A stretch of DNA of 64,000 nucleotides from IMG/VR virus record IMGVR_UViG_3300042940_001755; one strand, given 5' to 3'. Below, in pieces: positions 8,401 through 17,988 of the stretch (position 1 is the stretch's first letter; the number at the start of each line of letters is the position of its first letter). A program made the position numbers and the translations under genes. The DNA is from a virus. Its lineage: Duplodnaviria > Heunggongvirae > Uroviricota > Caudoviricetes. The notes beneath the pieces were generated by a model, which saw only the letters and a list, made by a program, of their open reading frames with translations, had not been told where the DNA came from and searched no databases.

Positions 8401-8903
8401 ATAGCCCCGCGCTTACACTCACTTGCGGGACAGAAGGGATGTTGATCCTCCTGAACCTTAGTGTACCGCTCCTTGATGTACTGAGGAACAAAACTCTTGT
8501 TGGTCTTTAAGCGACAAAGATCCAAGCCCTCACTCTCATCAGCGTAGATTGCTTCACCGCTAGTAGACCACCGTAAAGGCAGCCACTCACCTTTGTCCAA
8601 GTACGCTCCATGTATTGCCTCATCTATTTCAGCAAATAGACGCACCGCCTTTCCACTCTTGGTTTCGCACAAGCTCTTCACAGTGAACACTTGAGTTGGC
8701 CGCAGTGACCAATCCACATTGTTAGGACTGATACCCGACAACCACCATCTGTGGATTTCAGGTACATCATCCACGAAGTCAATGATTCCGTAGATGTACG
8801 TATCATCGACTCTGAATATCTCCACAGGATGTCCAGTTGCTGTGAACATCTTTTGTGATACCTTGATAGCAGGTTTGTTCTGCCCATAATTACCCATTGC
8901 CAT
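8394..8903 (-). CDS. hypothetical protein (169 aa)
   Basis: Co-oriented ORF. Confidence 0.5.
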   Translation of the reverse strand: MAMGNYGQNKPAIKVSQKMFTATGHPVEIFRVDDTYIYGIIDFVDDVPEIHRWWLSGISPNNVDWSLRPTQVFTVKSLCETKSGKAVRLFAEIDEAIHGAYLDKGEWLPLRWSTSGEAIYADESEGLDLCRLKTNKSFVPQYIKERYTKVQEDQHPFCPASECKRGAIQ

Positions 8904-9312
8904 TGTTGCCTCCTTTGTGTGAAATATTGGCGGTTAGTGGAATTTCAGAGATGGTGTATTCCCGATCACCGACTATATAGCAGCGCATGCCTGCCAAGCT
9001 AAATAGCGCGTCGTAAGAGGTGCTTGCGGGAAATGCAAGACGCAAGTCGTCAACAGTAGGCCGTGCCTCCCAGATAGCGACCACCCCAATACTAGAGTGC
9101 AATAGCCACAATATAGCAGGCTGGGTTGAAGACATGCACTTACGAGCCTTCACCAAGCCATCGGCCACCATCGCACCTACGAGTGATTGCATGGTGCAAT
9201 CTAGCTCGCTGCGGAGAGTCTCTAACGCTGCAGGGACACGTACTGTGATACTACGTTGGTTGACACGAAGGGGTGCTCCGATTGACTTCTTGATAACGTC
9301 TTCAATGCTCAT
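8890..9312 (-). CDS. hypothetical protein (140 aa)
   Basis: Co-oriented ORF. Confidence 0.5.
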   Translation of the reverse strand: MSIEDVIKKSIGAPLRVNQRSITVRVPAALETLRSELDCTMQSLVGAMVADGLVKARKCMSSTQPAILWLLHSSIGVVAIWEARPTVDDLRLAFPASTSYDALFSLAGMRCYIVGDREYTISEIPLTANISHKGGNNGNG

Positions 9313-9509
9313 CTCAAACTCCTTGCAAAATTGCGGATAGCTACTGAGGCAGCAAATGCCTCTTCGTAGGTGTCATAACAGAAGCCATTACGGACTGCTG
9401 CTAAATACTGTGGGTCTTTCTTCATTTCAGGAGGCAAATCAGCACCTTCCACTAATTCGTCATCGTTATCAAACATTGGTGTGCAAATAAAGGTGTTTTG
9501 TTCTTCCAT
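9309..9509 (-). CDS. hypothetical protein (66 aa)
   Basis: Co-oriented ORF. Confidence 0.35.
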   Translation of the reverse strand: MEEQNTFICTPMFDNDDELVEGADLPPEMKKDPQYLAAVRNGFCYDTYEEAFAASVAIRNFARSLR

Positions 9510-9691
9510 TAGTCGATCTCCCGTATCAGAGTGTAATATATCGCACCAGGAAATAGAAGATCTGTTCCTGGCAAGTGCATAGCACCAATGATGTGCCAGC
9601 CTTCTGCCAGTTCTCTGTTAAGCGCGTTTAAGCTTATTTGCATATGTTGCACTAATACTGCTACTTTTGTTTCTTGTACCATTTTATCTCC

Positions 9692-10018
9692 TTAATTTCC
9701 AAACAGCAACATTAATGACAATGCCAAAGGATCTGTGAGATCCTTGACAGGCTCTTTTTGGTATATCCCATGCATACCTGAGTGACTTAACGTAAAACAG
9801 AACCCATCCTTACGCAATACCAATGTTTTAGTCTGGTCATTGGTGTTAGGTACATGCCCCCAAGGAGTGACAGTGTCCACAAACTCCGGAACTTGCTCAG
9901 ACAGCTCCACTGTAACCTCCCAGTCGTCAGTTAAGGCGGTATCCACTAATAAGTCCAAGAAGACTCTCCCCAACCCTGCAGGGCTATTTTGAACATAAAA
10001 CTTGATAGCGTCCCTCAT
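9692..10018 (-). CDS. hypothetical protein (108 aa)
   Basis: Co-oriented ORF. Confidence 0.45.
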   Translation of the reverse strand: MRDAIKFYVQNSPAGLGRVFLDLLVDTALTDDWEVTVELSEQVPEFVDTVTPWGHVPNTNDQTKTLVLRKDGFCFTLSHSGMHGIYQKEPVKDLTDPLALSLMLLFGN

Positions 10019-10584
10019 CAGTTTAACTCCACAATGTTTAATTGATAGCTACAGTCTACCGCAGAATGTGACACTTCTACGATATAAGTATTGCAGCCAG
10101 GGTCTAGCTCTTCCTCTCTCCATGTATTTATTTCCAGGTCCGAGCTGTCCGAGAATCCCTCCACTCGATAGAGAAGATACTCAAACCCTTCTCGTATGTT
10201 AGCTTCGTATGTCGAAGTAAAGAAAGAGTCCACTACTGACACACCATCTGGATTACAGAAGAGCACATGCGCGGCAAACTTTCCTTCACCAAGCAGCTTA
10301 TTAATGATGAAATTTTCTCTTCTCTTCAACTTCTTCCACAAAGTATCGATTTCCGCTGTAGCTGGGATTGTAAGCGCCTTGAACGCATTCGCTACTTCCT
10401 CAAGCTGCTTAATGCACAGTTCTGACTCGTGAGGAAGGGTGACAGCCAATTGCTCCGCTGCCTCCACGTCTTGCATAATAGGCGCACCTTCTAGACCTTT
10501 GAAGTACGCTACATCAACTGCCGTGGACACGATTGCGTGGAAGTCGCCTGCTTCTGAGTTGATTCTTACTAATTTTAAAGCCAT
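10018..10584 (-). CDS. hypothetical protein (start moved to MALKLVRIN, 188 aa)
   Basis: AGGAGA RBS 8 nt before the ATG at 10584. A class A motif overlaps the ORF-track N-terminal extension. Confidence 0.5.
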   Translation of the reverse strand: MALKLVRINSEAGDFHAIVSTAVDVAYFKGLEGAPIMQDVEAAEQLAVTLPHESELCIKQLEEVANAFKALTIPATAEIDTLWKKLKRRENFIINKLLGEGKFAAHVLFCNPDGVSVVDSFFTSTYEANIREGFEYLLYRVEGFSDSSDLEINTWREEELDPGCNTYIVEVSHSAVDCSYQLNIVELN

Positions 10585-10610
10585 TGTATCTCTCCTAAAG
10601 GATTTAAAGG

Positions 10611-10632
10611 CAGTTAAGAAGCATGCCCAGGC
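10611..10632 (-). promoter_or_regulatory. Class A motif copy (sense GCCTGGGCATGCTTCTTAACTG)
   Basis: Consensus match; ~30 nt upstream of the 10584 start. Confidence 0.5.
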
Positions 10633-10639
10633 TTGTAGA

Positions 10640-10831
10640 TTAATTAATGATTTCTGCCACAACCAGATCAAACAAGTAGTCACCATCTGAAATGGCTTGG
10701 AGCAGTAATAGCGCGTCGATTACCTCTGGAGGCACCCACTCTGCCAGCTCAATGCCGATAGGTCGATGCGCCCATACAGCTAGCACTTCTGCGATGCTGC
10801 TCTCCGTTCTGGTAAGAATCCAGACTTTCAT
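10640..10831 (-). CDS. hypothetical protein (63 aa)
   Basis: Co-oriented ORF. Confidence 0.35.
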   Translation of the reverse strand: MKVWILTRTESSIAEVLAVWAHRPIGIELAEWVPPEVIDALLLLQAISDGDYLFDLVVAEIIN

Positions 10832-11175
10832 CTAACCTCCTTGTAGAACTTTACGATGAGGTGGGGAGGGATCGGCGAAGATAGCTTCAGAGGGGTGATT
10901 TCAGTGTTTACACAAGCTGAAATACCGCAACAGCTACTGGCTGTCTCAAAGGAAACCCTAACTTCATCAGTCACTGGGTCCACCATTATTGTGTTCAGCA
11001 TGTCATACACGGGACCGCTAAACTCATGCGCCGCCTTGTTTTGGTAGTACACCCGCGCATGTAAGCCCAGCGTGTATACTTCCTTCGGCCCGGAGACGTC
11101 ATCTTCTTCCGTCAATGTCAAGTAGCCTATTTTCTCGTAAGCTGCCTCAAGTAACTCTTCAATCGTTGTTGGCAT
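10828..11175 (-). CDS. hypothetical protein (115 aa)
   Basis: Co-oriented ORF. Confidence 0.45.
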   Translation of the reverse strand: MPTTIEELLEAAYEKIGYLTLTEEDDVSGPKEVYTLGLHARVYYQNKAAHEFSGPVYDMLNTIMVDPVTDEVRVSFETASSCCGISACVNTEITPLKLSSPIPPHLIVKFYKEVR

Positions 11176-11176
11176 A

Positions 11177-12448
11177 CTATAACCCCTTAATATAGTCTAA
11201 TGTGTCCGCGTCATCTTTGTCAAGACGCAGTTCTTCAAAACGCGGTTGAGATAAGCTGTACTTTCCTTTCTTATCCTGAGACACCGATTCGAACTTCACA
11301 GTAATGACGTTAAACATGTAGTCATCAATATTATTCCAAATCATTTGTCGCTCAGCCTCAGTAAATCCACTCACATTCACGACGAGATCACCTTCTTCGC
11401 TGATGCATTCCAGACTTCCGAATGTAGCGGCAAAGGCACCCTTTCCAGGCTTGTAGCCTGTCACTCTGAGTTCGCAGGTCGCTTCTTTCTTGAGTTTCAC
11501 CTGATCCCTACTAGTGCCGTCTCGCCACAGAAAGTATGCCTTCTTGACGACAGAGCCTTCCCCACCAGCTGCAGTGATTTCTTTGAAGTGCTCAAGCGCC
11601 TCTGCATGACTTGCTGCCATTTTAGTAGGCACAAGACGGATAGTCTTCAATGTTGTCTTTTCGCACAATTCCTTGACGAAGTTGTAACGGTCTAAGTAGA
11701 ACATTGAAGAGTCCTTGATATCCCACAGGATAGCCACAGGCCGATAACCTTCTGGAATTCCTGTCCCTTTCTTGAGGCAAGAGTTGAAGATACCATTAGA
11801 GGTCTTCCGCGCCATGAAAGGACCTCCTACGATAGGCTCTAGCATTAGCTCGCCGTGATACTGGACACCTTCTTTTAAGACGCCCTTGATGTCATTGATG
11901 AGCTCTTTGAAATAGGCAGAGTCGAATACATGCCCTTGCCGCGTATGCAGAACGACCGCATCACCGAGATAGTCGATGTTAACAAACATGCCATCTAATT
12001 TCTCTTGGGAGAAGACCCCAGACGTCCAAGGCCACAAGCGCAAATCAACTTCATTCACAGTACTGCAGCGCATGTAAGTCGGTTGGTAAATTAGTCCTGG
12101 GATGGCACGGTTGATAAGACTGTCCCCAATGTCAGCTCGTAAGTCTTTGTTGATAACGCGACGCAATAGCTCCTGAGCGGATGGATTTAACCCCATCATG
12201 TGCTCTAGCAACTCCTTACGACCAGCCTGACGGTTAGATAATTTCGCCAACAAGCACCATGTATCATCCCCTAAGTCATGGATACCAGCGCCAGAAGGCA
12301 TCTCCGGATCGATAATGTAGTAGCGCAAGCGTGTATCGTACGCCGCGACTAAGACTCTTCTCAGCTCTTCACAGTTGTGTTGAGCTAGTAAGGCCACTTT
12401 ATCAAGTGTTCCAGGGGTTGCAGCGATTGCGTCAATTACTTCAAGCAT
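11177..12448 (-). CDS. lig: ATP-dependent DNA ligase
   Basis: KLDG adenylation motif I (QEKLDGMF), EGSVVKK motif, and a size typical of T7/T4-type ligases. Confidence 0.85.
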   Translation of the reverse strand: MLEVIDAIAATPGTLDKVALLAQHNCEELRRVLVAAYDTRLRYYIIDPEMPSGAGIHDLGDDTWCLLAKLSNRQAGRKELLEHMMGLNPSAQELLRRVINKDLRADIGDSLINRAIPGLIYQPTYMRCSTVNEVDLRLWPWTSGVFSQEKLDGMFVNIDYLGDAVVLHTRQGHVFDSAYFKELINDIKGVLKEGVQYHGELMLEPIVGGPFMARKTSNGIFNSCLKKGTGIPEGYRPVAILWDIKDSSMFYLDRYNFVKELCEKTTLKTIRLVPTKMAASHAEALEHFKEITAAGGEGSVVKKAYFLWRDGTSRDQVKLKKEATCELRVTGYKPGKGAFAATFGSLECISEEGDLVVNVSGFTEAERQMIWNNIDDYMFNVITVKFESVSQDKKGKYSLSQPRFEELRLDKDDADTLDYIKGL

Positions 12449-12698
12449 AATTTTCCTCGAATGGTCTAGGTTTGATTTCTACGACAGTGATGTTGGCTTT
12501 AACGCCAAGAGTATTGGCCTCAAAGGTTACTTTCAGTTTAGCCTTAGGATCATGAAGGCGCGAATGAATATGCGCCTCGATAATCTTGACAAGCTCTTTC
12601 TGGTCCATGACAATGTTCATCTTAGCGCACCATTTGGATGATAGGCGCTTTGTAAACTTCAGCCACAAGGAAGTTGAGTTGTAGACGGCCAGTGTCAC
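12441..12698 (-). CDS. hypothetical protein (85 aa)
   Basis: Co-oriented ORF. Confidence 0.4.
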   Translation of the reverse strand: MTLAVYNSTSLWLKFTKRLSSKWCAKMNIVMDQKELVKIIEAHIHSRLHDPKAKLKVTFEANTLGVKANITVVEIKPRPFEENYA

Positions 12699-12960
12699 TA
12701 AGTGGGATCATAAATACTCCTACATTGTTGTGGTTGGGTTCTGATTGATAGATCTCATATGTAGCGACCTGCCCATCAGTAGTGTGAATTTGGTCAGCAA
12801 TGCCGCAGAAATGACTGAATGCAGATTTGACATCAGGCATTACATTTAACACCTGTGTAATCTCTGCATCGCTGATGGTGATGATGCCCAAGCTTTCTTT
12901 ATAGACAGCCATTGAGAGGACGAATGAAGCGTAGGCTTCGCTTTGAAGAAAAGAATGCAT
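12622..12960 (-). CDS. hypothetical protein (112 aa)
   Basis: Co-oriented ORF. Confidence 0.4.
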   Translation of the reverse strand: MHSFLQSEAYASFVLSMAVYKESLGIITISDAEITQVLNVMPDVKSAFSHFCGIADQIHTTDGQVATYEIYQSEPNHNNVGVFMIPLSDTGRLQLNFLVAEVYKAPIIQMVR

Positions 12961-12977
12961 GTGGTAACTCCTTAGTA

Positions 12978-13041
12978 GAAAAAAAAAAAATAGGTGGATA
13001 GCCTCACCCTACCTCCCGTTAGGGAAGTAAGATGAGGAGGG
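12978..13041 (-). terminator. Intrinsic terminator T3
   Basis: rc reads CCTCATCTTACTTCCCTAACGGGAGGTAGGGTGAGG CTATCCACCTATTTTTTTTTTTTTC. Confidence 0.7.
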
Positions 13042-13045
13042 TGCA

Positions 13046-13297
13046 TTAACCTGCCGGTGTTGAATACTTTCCAGGCCAATCTAAGGCTTCTTGTAATGAC
13101 ATCCCGAATACCCAGGACGCCACTAGTACGTCACCTTTCCAAGCCAGTCTGACCATGTCATCCCATATAGTCAAGCCCGCTGCGTAGATTTCCTCGCTGA
13201 GTGAGAAGCGAACTTCTTCTTCCATCTCGGTAATATCTCCAGTAAAAATAAGATAACCTTGTTCTTCGTAACATAATGCTTTAATAGCTGCGTGCAT
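13046..13297 (-). CDS. hypothetical protein (83 aa)
   Basis: Co-oriented ORF; a class B motif lies ~45 nt upstream. Confidence 0.45.
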   Translation of the reverse strand: MHAAIKALCYEEQGYLIFTGDITEMEEEVRFSLSEEIYAAGLTIWDDMVRLAWKGDVLVASWVFGMSLQEALDWPGKYSTPAG

Positions 13298-13337
13298 GAG
13301 AGTATCTCCAATTTAGATTGAAACGGAATTGTTTCTT

Positions 13338-13367
13338 TCTTTCATATAAGATACCCTCATTTGCGCG
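13338..13367 (-). promoter_or_regulatory. Class B T7-promoter-like motif (sense CGCGCAAATGAGGGTATCTTATATGAAAGAAAG)
   Basis: One of five copies of CGCGCAnAAAnnnGTATCTTATATGAAAGA; CTTATATGAAAG resembles the CACTATAGGGAGA core of T7/SP6 promoters. Confidence 0.5.
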
Positions 13368-13532
13368 TCCTCTTTTAGCCCTTCAGGTCAACACTTACAT
13401 CGAACACAACTTCGTCATCGCGCAAAGACAACTGTTCACATTGCTCTGGCGTTAACTTGATGATAACATCTCTCACATCTTGGATGTGTTCAGGCTGGTC
13501 TTTTGTCACAACTACTAATCTGAACGCTGGCA

Positions 13533-13913
13533 TCATGCACCTCTCTTTTCTAGTTTATAAACAGTGTGGCCGACAGTAGTAATCTGTAGACCAGCGTAAA
13601 GGTCATCAAGATTCTGCAAGTCAATATCAGAATCAATGAAGAATATATCATCTGGCTCAGGTTCTTTGCCAATCCAGATGTTCTCTACTGCCAGCTCATT
13701 CTGCGCTGGGTTCCAGCTCAACATCACATAATTGTACTTCTCATCAATAACCACATCAACCTCCGTTGCATACTCTAAATTACAGCCATTACACTGAAAT
13801 GTCTCTTTACCTTCAAAAGGTGCTGAAGGATGAAACACATTACACCCACAATTACAGGTAAAAGACTCACCCGCGATCCTTAACATAGATTGCTGCATCA
13901 TTCTTCCACCCAT
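13533..13913 (-). CDS. hypothetical zinc-ribbon protein (CNCGCN ... CNGCN)
   Basis: Two CxxC pairs. Confidence 0.45.
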   Translation of the reverse strand: MGGRMMQQSMLRIAGESFTCNCGCNVFHPSAPFEGKETFQCNGCNLEYATEVDVVIDEKYNYVMLSWNPAQNELAVENIWIGKEPEPDDIFFIDSDIDLQNLDDLYAGLQITTVGHTVYKLEKRGA

Positions 13914-14110
13914 TCGCTGTACTCATTGAAGATACGCTCACACTCCTCAAAAGAGACTGCCAGGAAAGCAGAAGGCCCAATAGATGCTAACTCACTACCG
14001 TTAGCATTTCTAATTACCAAGCGCTGTGAGGCTGTGTTCAAGTCCATCACTGCCACGTGGTGCGGATCTATTACTAATCGCGCTGTTGCTGCTTTTATTT
14101 CTATCTTCAT
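13898..14110 (-). CDS. hypothetical protein (70 aa)
   Basis: Co-oriented ORF. Confidence 0.35.
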   Translation of the reverse strand: MKIEIKAATARLVIDPHHVAVMDLNTASQRLVIRNANGSELASIGPSAFLAVSFEECERIFNEYSEWVEE

Positions 14111-14112
14111 TA

Positions 14113-14502
14113 TCAGTGCACCACAGCAGGAGGGACATTCCCTACAATAAGGAACCCAATACCAGGCTGCACTAACAAGAAGAAGATAAGTGCTGCACCC
14201 ATGTGTGAAAGCTCCCCTGATGTATTGATCTCCATCACACCAAACTCACCAGTCTGTTGTTCTTCAATACTTGCGATAATGGCACCAAAGGCTGTTTTGC
14301 AATCAGGGTACTCCACAAGCGGACTACAGATATTCTCGCTCATGTTCAAGTACTGGATTGTCCAGCCTGCCGATTTAACAGCTGCATCTCTTGCAAGGAC
14401 TTGATCAGGCCCAAGTAACCGCCCTTGCATGAACTCCCACGTCGCCAGCGCATTGTAGCCTTCACGGAGTGACTCTGGTATTGGTTGGTAAATTATACTC
14501 AT
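14113..14502 (-). CDS. hypothetical protein with C-terminal TM segment (129 aa)
   Basis: Hydrophobic C-terminus ALIFFLLVQPGIGFLIVG. Confidence 0.45.
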   Translation of the reverse strand: MSIIYQPIPESLREGYNALATWEFMQGRLLGPDQVLARDAAVKSAGWTIQYLNMSENICSPLVEYPDCKTAFGAIIASIEEQQTGEFGVMEINTSGELSHMGAALIFFLLVQPGIGFLIVGNVPPAVVH

Positions 14503-14714
14503 TGTGCATTTCTCTCTTTACAGTGGTTAATAAATTCTGCGTGGATCTCATCACACGCTTCTTCGCTCAATAAATGGGCTATATCATAGCCCCCGATCAC
14601 TACATCCCGTAGCACTCCATCTTCCAGGGTGACTCTCATTCGGATTTCGCCGAGTTGAATAATTGCTACATCTTCGTTACGCTTATCTGCCATACCAACC
14701 TCTCTTAGGGCCAT
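14499..14714 (-). CDS. hypothetical protein (71 aa)
   Basis: Co-oriented ORF. Confidence 0.35.
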   Translation of the reverse strand: MALREVGMADKRNEDVAIIQLGEIRMRVTLEDGVLRDVVIGGYDIAHLLSEEACDEIHAEFINHCKERNAQ

Positions 14715-14770
14715 TGTGCAATGCTTCTTTGCATCTTCGTTTAAACTCCCACCATGTTAGCGGGACTTTC

Positions 14771-14959
14771 TTAGTTTGAGCAGCCATACACCGCTCCACT
14801 CAGACTTGATGCGCCACGCCATGCAGACTCTTCAAGCTGTCTACGTGTTGGTTTCTGACGCGGCTCAGGATGCGTCAACTCTGCCTTCTCGGTTCTTTGA
14901 GGTCTGATAGGCATTTCGCGTGTCCTCATCATTACTTCACAATACTGCATTACGCTCAT
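14771..14959 (-). CDS. hypothetical basic protein (62 aa)
   Basis: Class A motif ~25 nt upstream, then an AGGAGG RBS. Confidence 0.4.
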   Translation of the reverse strand: MSVMQYCEVMMRTREMPIRPQRTEKAELTHPEPRQKPTRRQLEESAWRGASSLSGAVYGCSN

Positions 14960-14982
14960 GATTCGCCTCCTGTAGTTGCGGA

Positions 14983-15005
14983 CAGTTAAGGAGCATGTCC
15001 AGGCC
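14983..15005 (-). promoter_or_regulatory. Class A motif copy (sense GGCCTGGACATGCTCCTTAACTG)
   Basis: Consensus match. Confidence 0.5.
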
Positions 15006-15012
15006 CTTGAGG

Positions 15013-15267
15013 TTACTCTTCCTCTTTCAAATAATCAATAAAATAGGACAGCTCACTTTGGAGCAGTTCTAGCTTAGCTATGAACGCAGACATCCCGAAG
15101 TTCTTATCGGCATGTAATCTCACCTTGCCATGGCAACTGGCGATCTCTACGAAGGTATATCTCTCCGCAGGCTTTCCTTGGTTGGCCACAACACCATCAT
15201 GGCACACCACTGCACCGGTGAAATGACTGTCAATCTCATTGAGCCACATTCGTGAATTGTATGTCAT
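15013..15267 (-). CDS. hypothetical protein (84 aa)
   Basis: Co-oriented ORF. Confidence 0.4.
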   Translation of the reverse strand: MTYNSRMWLNEIDSHFTGAVVCHDGVVANQGKPAERYTFVEIASCHGKVRLHADKNFGMSAFIAKLELLQSELSYFIDYLKEEE

Positions 15268-15467
15268 GACTTATTTCTCGGCCAATTGCTAAAGTCATGG
15301 TTGCACACAAGAAGAATGAGACCCGACATCGCGACCCATCTGAATCCAAACACAGTAATAGCTGCATACTGGGTCTGCCAGTGTTCTAAACTTACAAGCG
15401 CACGTAGCTCTGCGGACAACCCTAACACTTGCGCCATGATAAACGCTAACTTCAAAAACAATATCAT
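15264..15467 (-). CDS. hypothetical small membrane protein (67 aa)
   Basis: Two hydrophobic segments. Confidence 0.4.
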   Translation of the reverse strand: MILFLKLAFIMAQVLGLSAELRALVSLEHWQTQYAAITVFGFRWVAMSGLILLVCNHDFSNWPRNKS

Positions 15468-15707
15468 TTATTCCTCCAAATCTAATGCTGACATTGTGTA
15501 GCCAGCTGTTTCAATTACAACGGTTTCTTTCCAGCTCTTCTTTGACTCCCTCACAGTCACCTGCAACTTGGCGTCATAAACACCATGGAGATCACTGCAA
15601 TCCGCACATTCAAACTGAATTGTAGCATCATAGCGCTCCAAGAGATCCTTTAGTTCTGCTTTCAGATTGGTCAGGCTAGTACTCATTGTGCAAGCACTCC
15701 AGCTCAT
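15468..15707 (-). CDS. hypothetical protein (79 aa)
   Basis: Co-oriented ORF. Confidence 0.4.
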   Translation of the reverse strand: MSWSACTMSTSLTNLKAELKDLLERYDATIQFECADCSDLHGVYDAKLQVTVRESKKSWKETVVIETAGYTMSALDLEE

Positions 15708-15870
15708 CCGTATAGAACCGCTTGAACAAAGTCCCGACCTGAACTAGAACCATAAAGGTGTCTACTCCATCCTCTATGCGTAGAACAGGGAAAGGGTACG
15801 AGACACAGCGCCCCGTAGAATAGGCGCCTGCATCGGTTCGACAAGGAATCTTAACACGTAGCCCCTTCAT
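15676..15870 (-). CDS. hypothetical protein (64 aa)
   Basis: Co-oriented ORF. Confidence 0.35.
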   Translation of the reverse strand: MKGLRVKIPCRTDAGAYSTGRCVSYPFPVLRIEDGVDTFMVLVQVGTLFKRFYTDELECLHNEY

Positions 15871-16021
15871 TTCTGCACCGCCTCGGAGATGACATCTAGC
15901 ATCTTACGTTTAGCGGTTAGCTTTCTACGAAGGTGATCAGTGCGCTGCTCTGACATCTTCAACTCCCTTTTGACTTCCTCAATCTCTTCACGTAAGGCCA
16001 TCTCAGCGATATGCAACGGCA

Positions 16022-17341
16022 TTAGCATATAACACCTGCTCTTGCTCTCTTGCGAATGTCTTCAAGGGAATCATCACAGTACGGCTGACCATTGAAGTAA
16101 TAGTCAACAAAGTCTGGATGTGTCAATCTGCCGCCCTTAGAGCGCTTACCAGGGTCTGTGACAGGGTCTTTCACAGTATCCACCCATTTGCCATTGATCT
16201 CCATCGCTGAAGTCTTTTGAGCAAACTTATAGGTGTCTCTGTTTAGTTTCTGTAGCAAGCCGCCTCCAGAACCATACACGACATTCTCGGCTGCGTAACC
16301 TTCTTGTTCCACTACTTGTGTCAGCTTTACTAACGTCTCGAAGTCAATACCATCCCCTTGAATGATGCCGACATTGCTCAAGACCTTGTAGCCTTTCGAG
16401 TTAACTGTGCTTTCAAAATACGCGTCAAGTATCTCCAGGATTAGAGGGATTACTTCGACAGCATCACCACTGTCAGGGCGGATAACAGCCTTGATTTTTC
16501 TTCTCTGAATTTCTGCACCGAAGACATTACAGAACATGGAGGTATCATTGTAGATATCATATCCGTCTAACACGATTGACACTATGCCACCATCAGGGAT
16601 AGCATCTAGTACTCTACGTAAATATCCTCCCTGATTGTCCCTTCCGTACGCACATTGAACACTATGTTCCGTCGCAGGGATAGAGAAGCCAGCCATTCTG
16701 CAGAAGTAATTGTCACGCGCCATTATCAGCGCTTGCAGGTTATCAGTTCCTTGGAAGTTAACTAAATGTGCCACACCACCAATTGCAGCTGACTCTCTGG
16801 AAGTTACGCCCCTGGCACCAAAGTCATGGAGAGCGTACGCAGCCATTTCAGGTACATCTGAAGTCTGTGCATACAACGATTCCAACAGCAATCGAGCCTT
16901 TAGGCCGTTAGAGGCAATCGTTGTAGGATACCAGATAGCTCTCTGCAACGCCGTTTCAATATACGACGCTAGCCAGAACAGTCTTGGATCTGTTGTCTCA
17001 ATCACCACTAAGGGTGTCCGAGATGGTACCACAGAGCCTTCAGGTAAGCCTTGTATTAGCAGTGGCAGAAAGCCATTGTGCTCGTCCACAATAATCTCCC
17101 AACCAATCTTATTAAAGGGCACCCCATGCGCGGAGAAGAGTTTCTCCGCTTCTCTTATATCCCCGTGAGTAACAGGCGTTGAGAGATACTCACGGATGAA
17201 CATTTGAAGACCAAAGAAGCAAGTAGCTTCGTTTGCTACTCTCGCTTCGATATAGGCGAACTGGCCTGTGCTGCCTTCTGGGTAGAATGCTGCATGTGAA
17301 GCTTTGTAGCTGTCAGCGTTTAAGATTAAATTGTGACTCAT
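16022..17341 (-). CDS. nadV: Nicotinamide phosphoribosyltransferase (NAMPT/NadV)
   Basis: N-terminal ADSYKASH motif diagnostic of NAMPT, plus ~440 aa length and the GDG/GSGGGLLQ phosphoribosyltransferase core. Confidence 0.85.
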   Translation of the reverse strand: MSHNLILNADSYKASHAAFYPEGSTGQFAYIEARVANEATCFFGLQMFIREYLSTPVTHGDIREAEKLFSAHGVPFNKIGWEIIVDEHNGFLPLLIQGLPEGSVVPSRTPLVVIETTDPRLFWLASYIETALQRAIWYPTTIASNGLKARLLLESLYAQTSDVPEMAAYALHDFGARGVTSRESAAIGGVAHLVNFQGTDNLQALIMARDNYFCRMAGFSIPATEHSVQCAYGRDNQGGYLRRVLDAIPDGGIVSIVLDGYDIYNDTSMFCNVFGAEIQRRKIKAVIRPDSGDAVEVIPLILEILDAYFESTVNSKGYKVLSNVGIIQGDGIDFETLVKLTQVVEQEGYAAENVVYGSGGGLLQKLNRDTYKFAQKTSAMEINGKWVDTVKDPVTDPGKRSKGGRLTHPDFVDYYFNGQPYCDDSLEDIRKRARAGVIC

Positions 17342-17682
17342 TGTTGTTCTCCTCTAGTCAGATTAGCCGCGTTGTCTTCGGCGTAGGTGTTAGGGTTTCT
17401 TTCAGGGTAGTAGCTTTTGCTGAAGCTGCTGCAGTCAGCGACATCAACTCTTTTCTCATACCCTACAGTAGCTTCAGGGTGACTGTGTAACCAGATGTCG
17501 CCCATTCTACTAGCGCCTGTGACGCGGTAGCGATTGCCCTCGAAGGTGCAGAATAGCTTGTACTCTGCGATAAGCTCCTTGAAGGCTATCTGATTGATTG
17601 CTGGGAGCCGCATCAGTAGTAACGCAAATCTCGCATACGTCACTGTGTCTGGCCCATGATCGATAAAGTCATCTACATCCAT
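17338..17682 (-). CDS. hypothetical protein (114 aa)
   Basis: Co-oriented ORF between nadV and the NMNAT-Nudix gene. Confidence 0.45.
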   Translation of the reverse strand: MDVDDFIDHGPDTVTYARFALLLMRLPAINQIAFKELIAEYKLFCTFEGNRYRVTGASRMGDIWLHSHPEATVGYEKRVDVADCSSFSKSYYPERNPNTYAEDNAANLTRGEQQ

Positions 17683-17688
17683 TATTTC

Positions 17689-17988
17689 TTACCCCACAAA
17701 GTTGATTTGAATGGCGAAGTTAGAGCCATCATAGAATAGCCGCTCGATAACAACCTGCTCCACATCAAAAAGGCCTACATCTGTATCGACAATATAGGGC
17801 TCACTTGGTGCGTAGTTGTCATCATCTTCTTTCCACTCGGCTAGCCACTCAGCGACGGCTAGCTCGGCCACTTCCTGCGCTTTACTGAACTCGTTTCCAT
17901 GAAGGACTGCTAAAACTTCCGCTACTTCTTGCACAGCCAATACGACAATGTACTTGGCATCAGTCGGTACTTCTAACTTACTGTACAT
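17689..17988 (-). CDS. hypothetical highly acidic protein (99 aa)
   Basis: Co-oriented ORF. Confidence 0.45.
   Translation of the reverse strand: MYSKLEVPTDAKYIVVLAVQEVAEVLAVLHGNEFSKAQEVAELAVAEWLAEWKEDDDNYAPSEPYIVDTDVGLFDVEQVVIERLFYDGSNFAIQINFVG

Noticed and set aside
16710-17168. - The 152-aa plus-strand ORF 16710..17168 is typical of the many plus-strand ORFs in the track.
- Others include 9020..9340, 11345..11695, 30114..30524 and 58154..58822.
   Set aside because: - Each is fully embedded antisense within a minus-strand gene that has clear homology or operon context.
- They have low-complexity S/T/P/R-rich composition typical of antisense frames.
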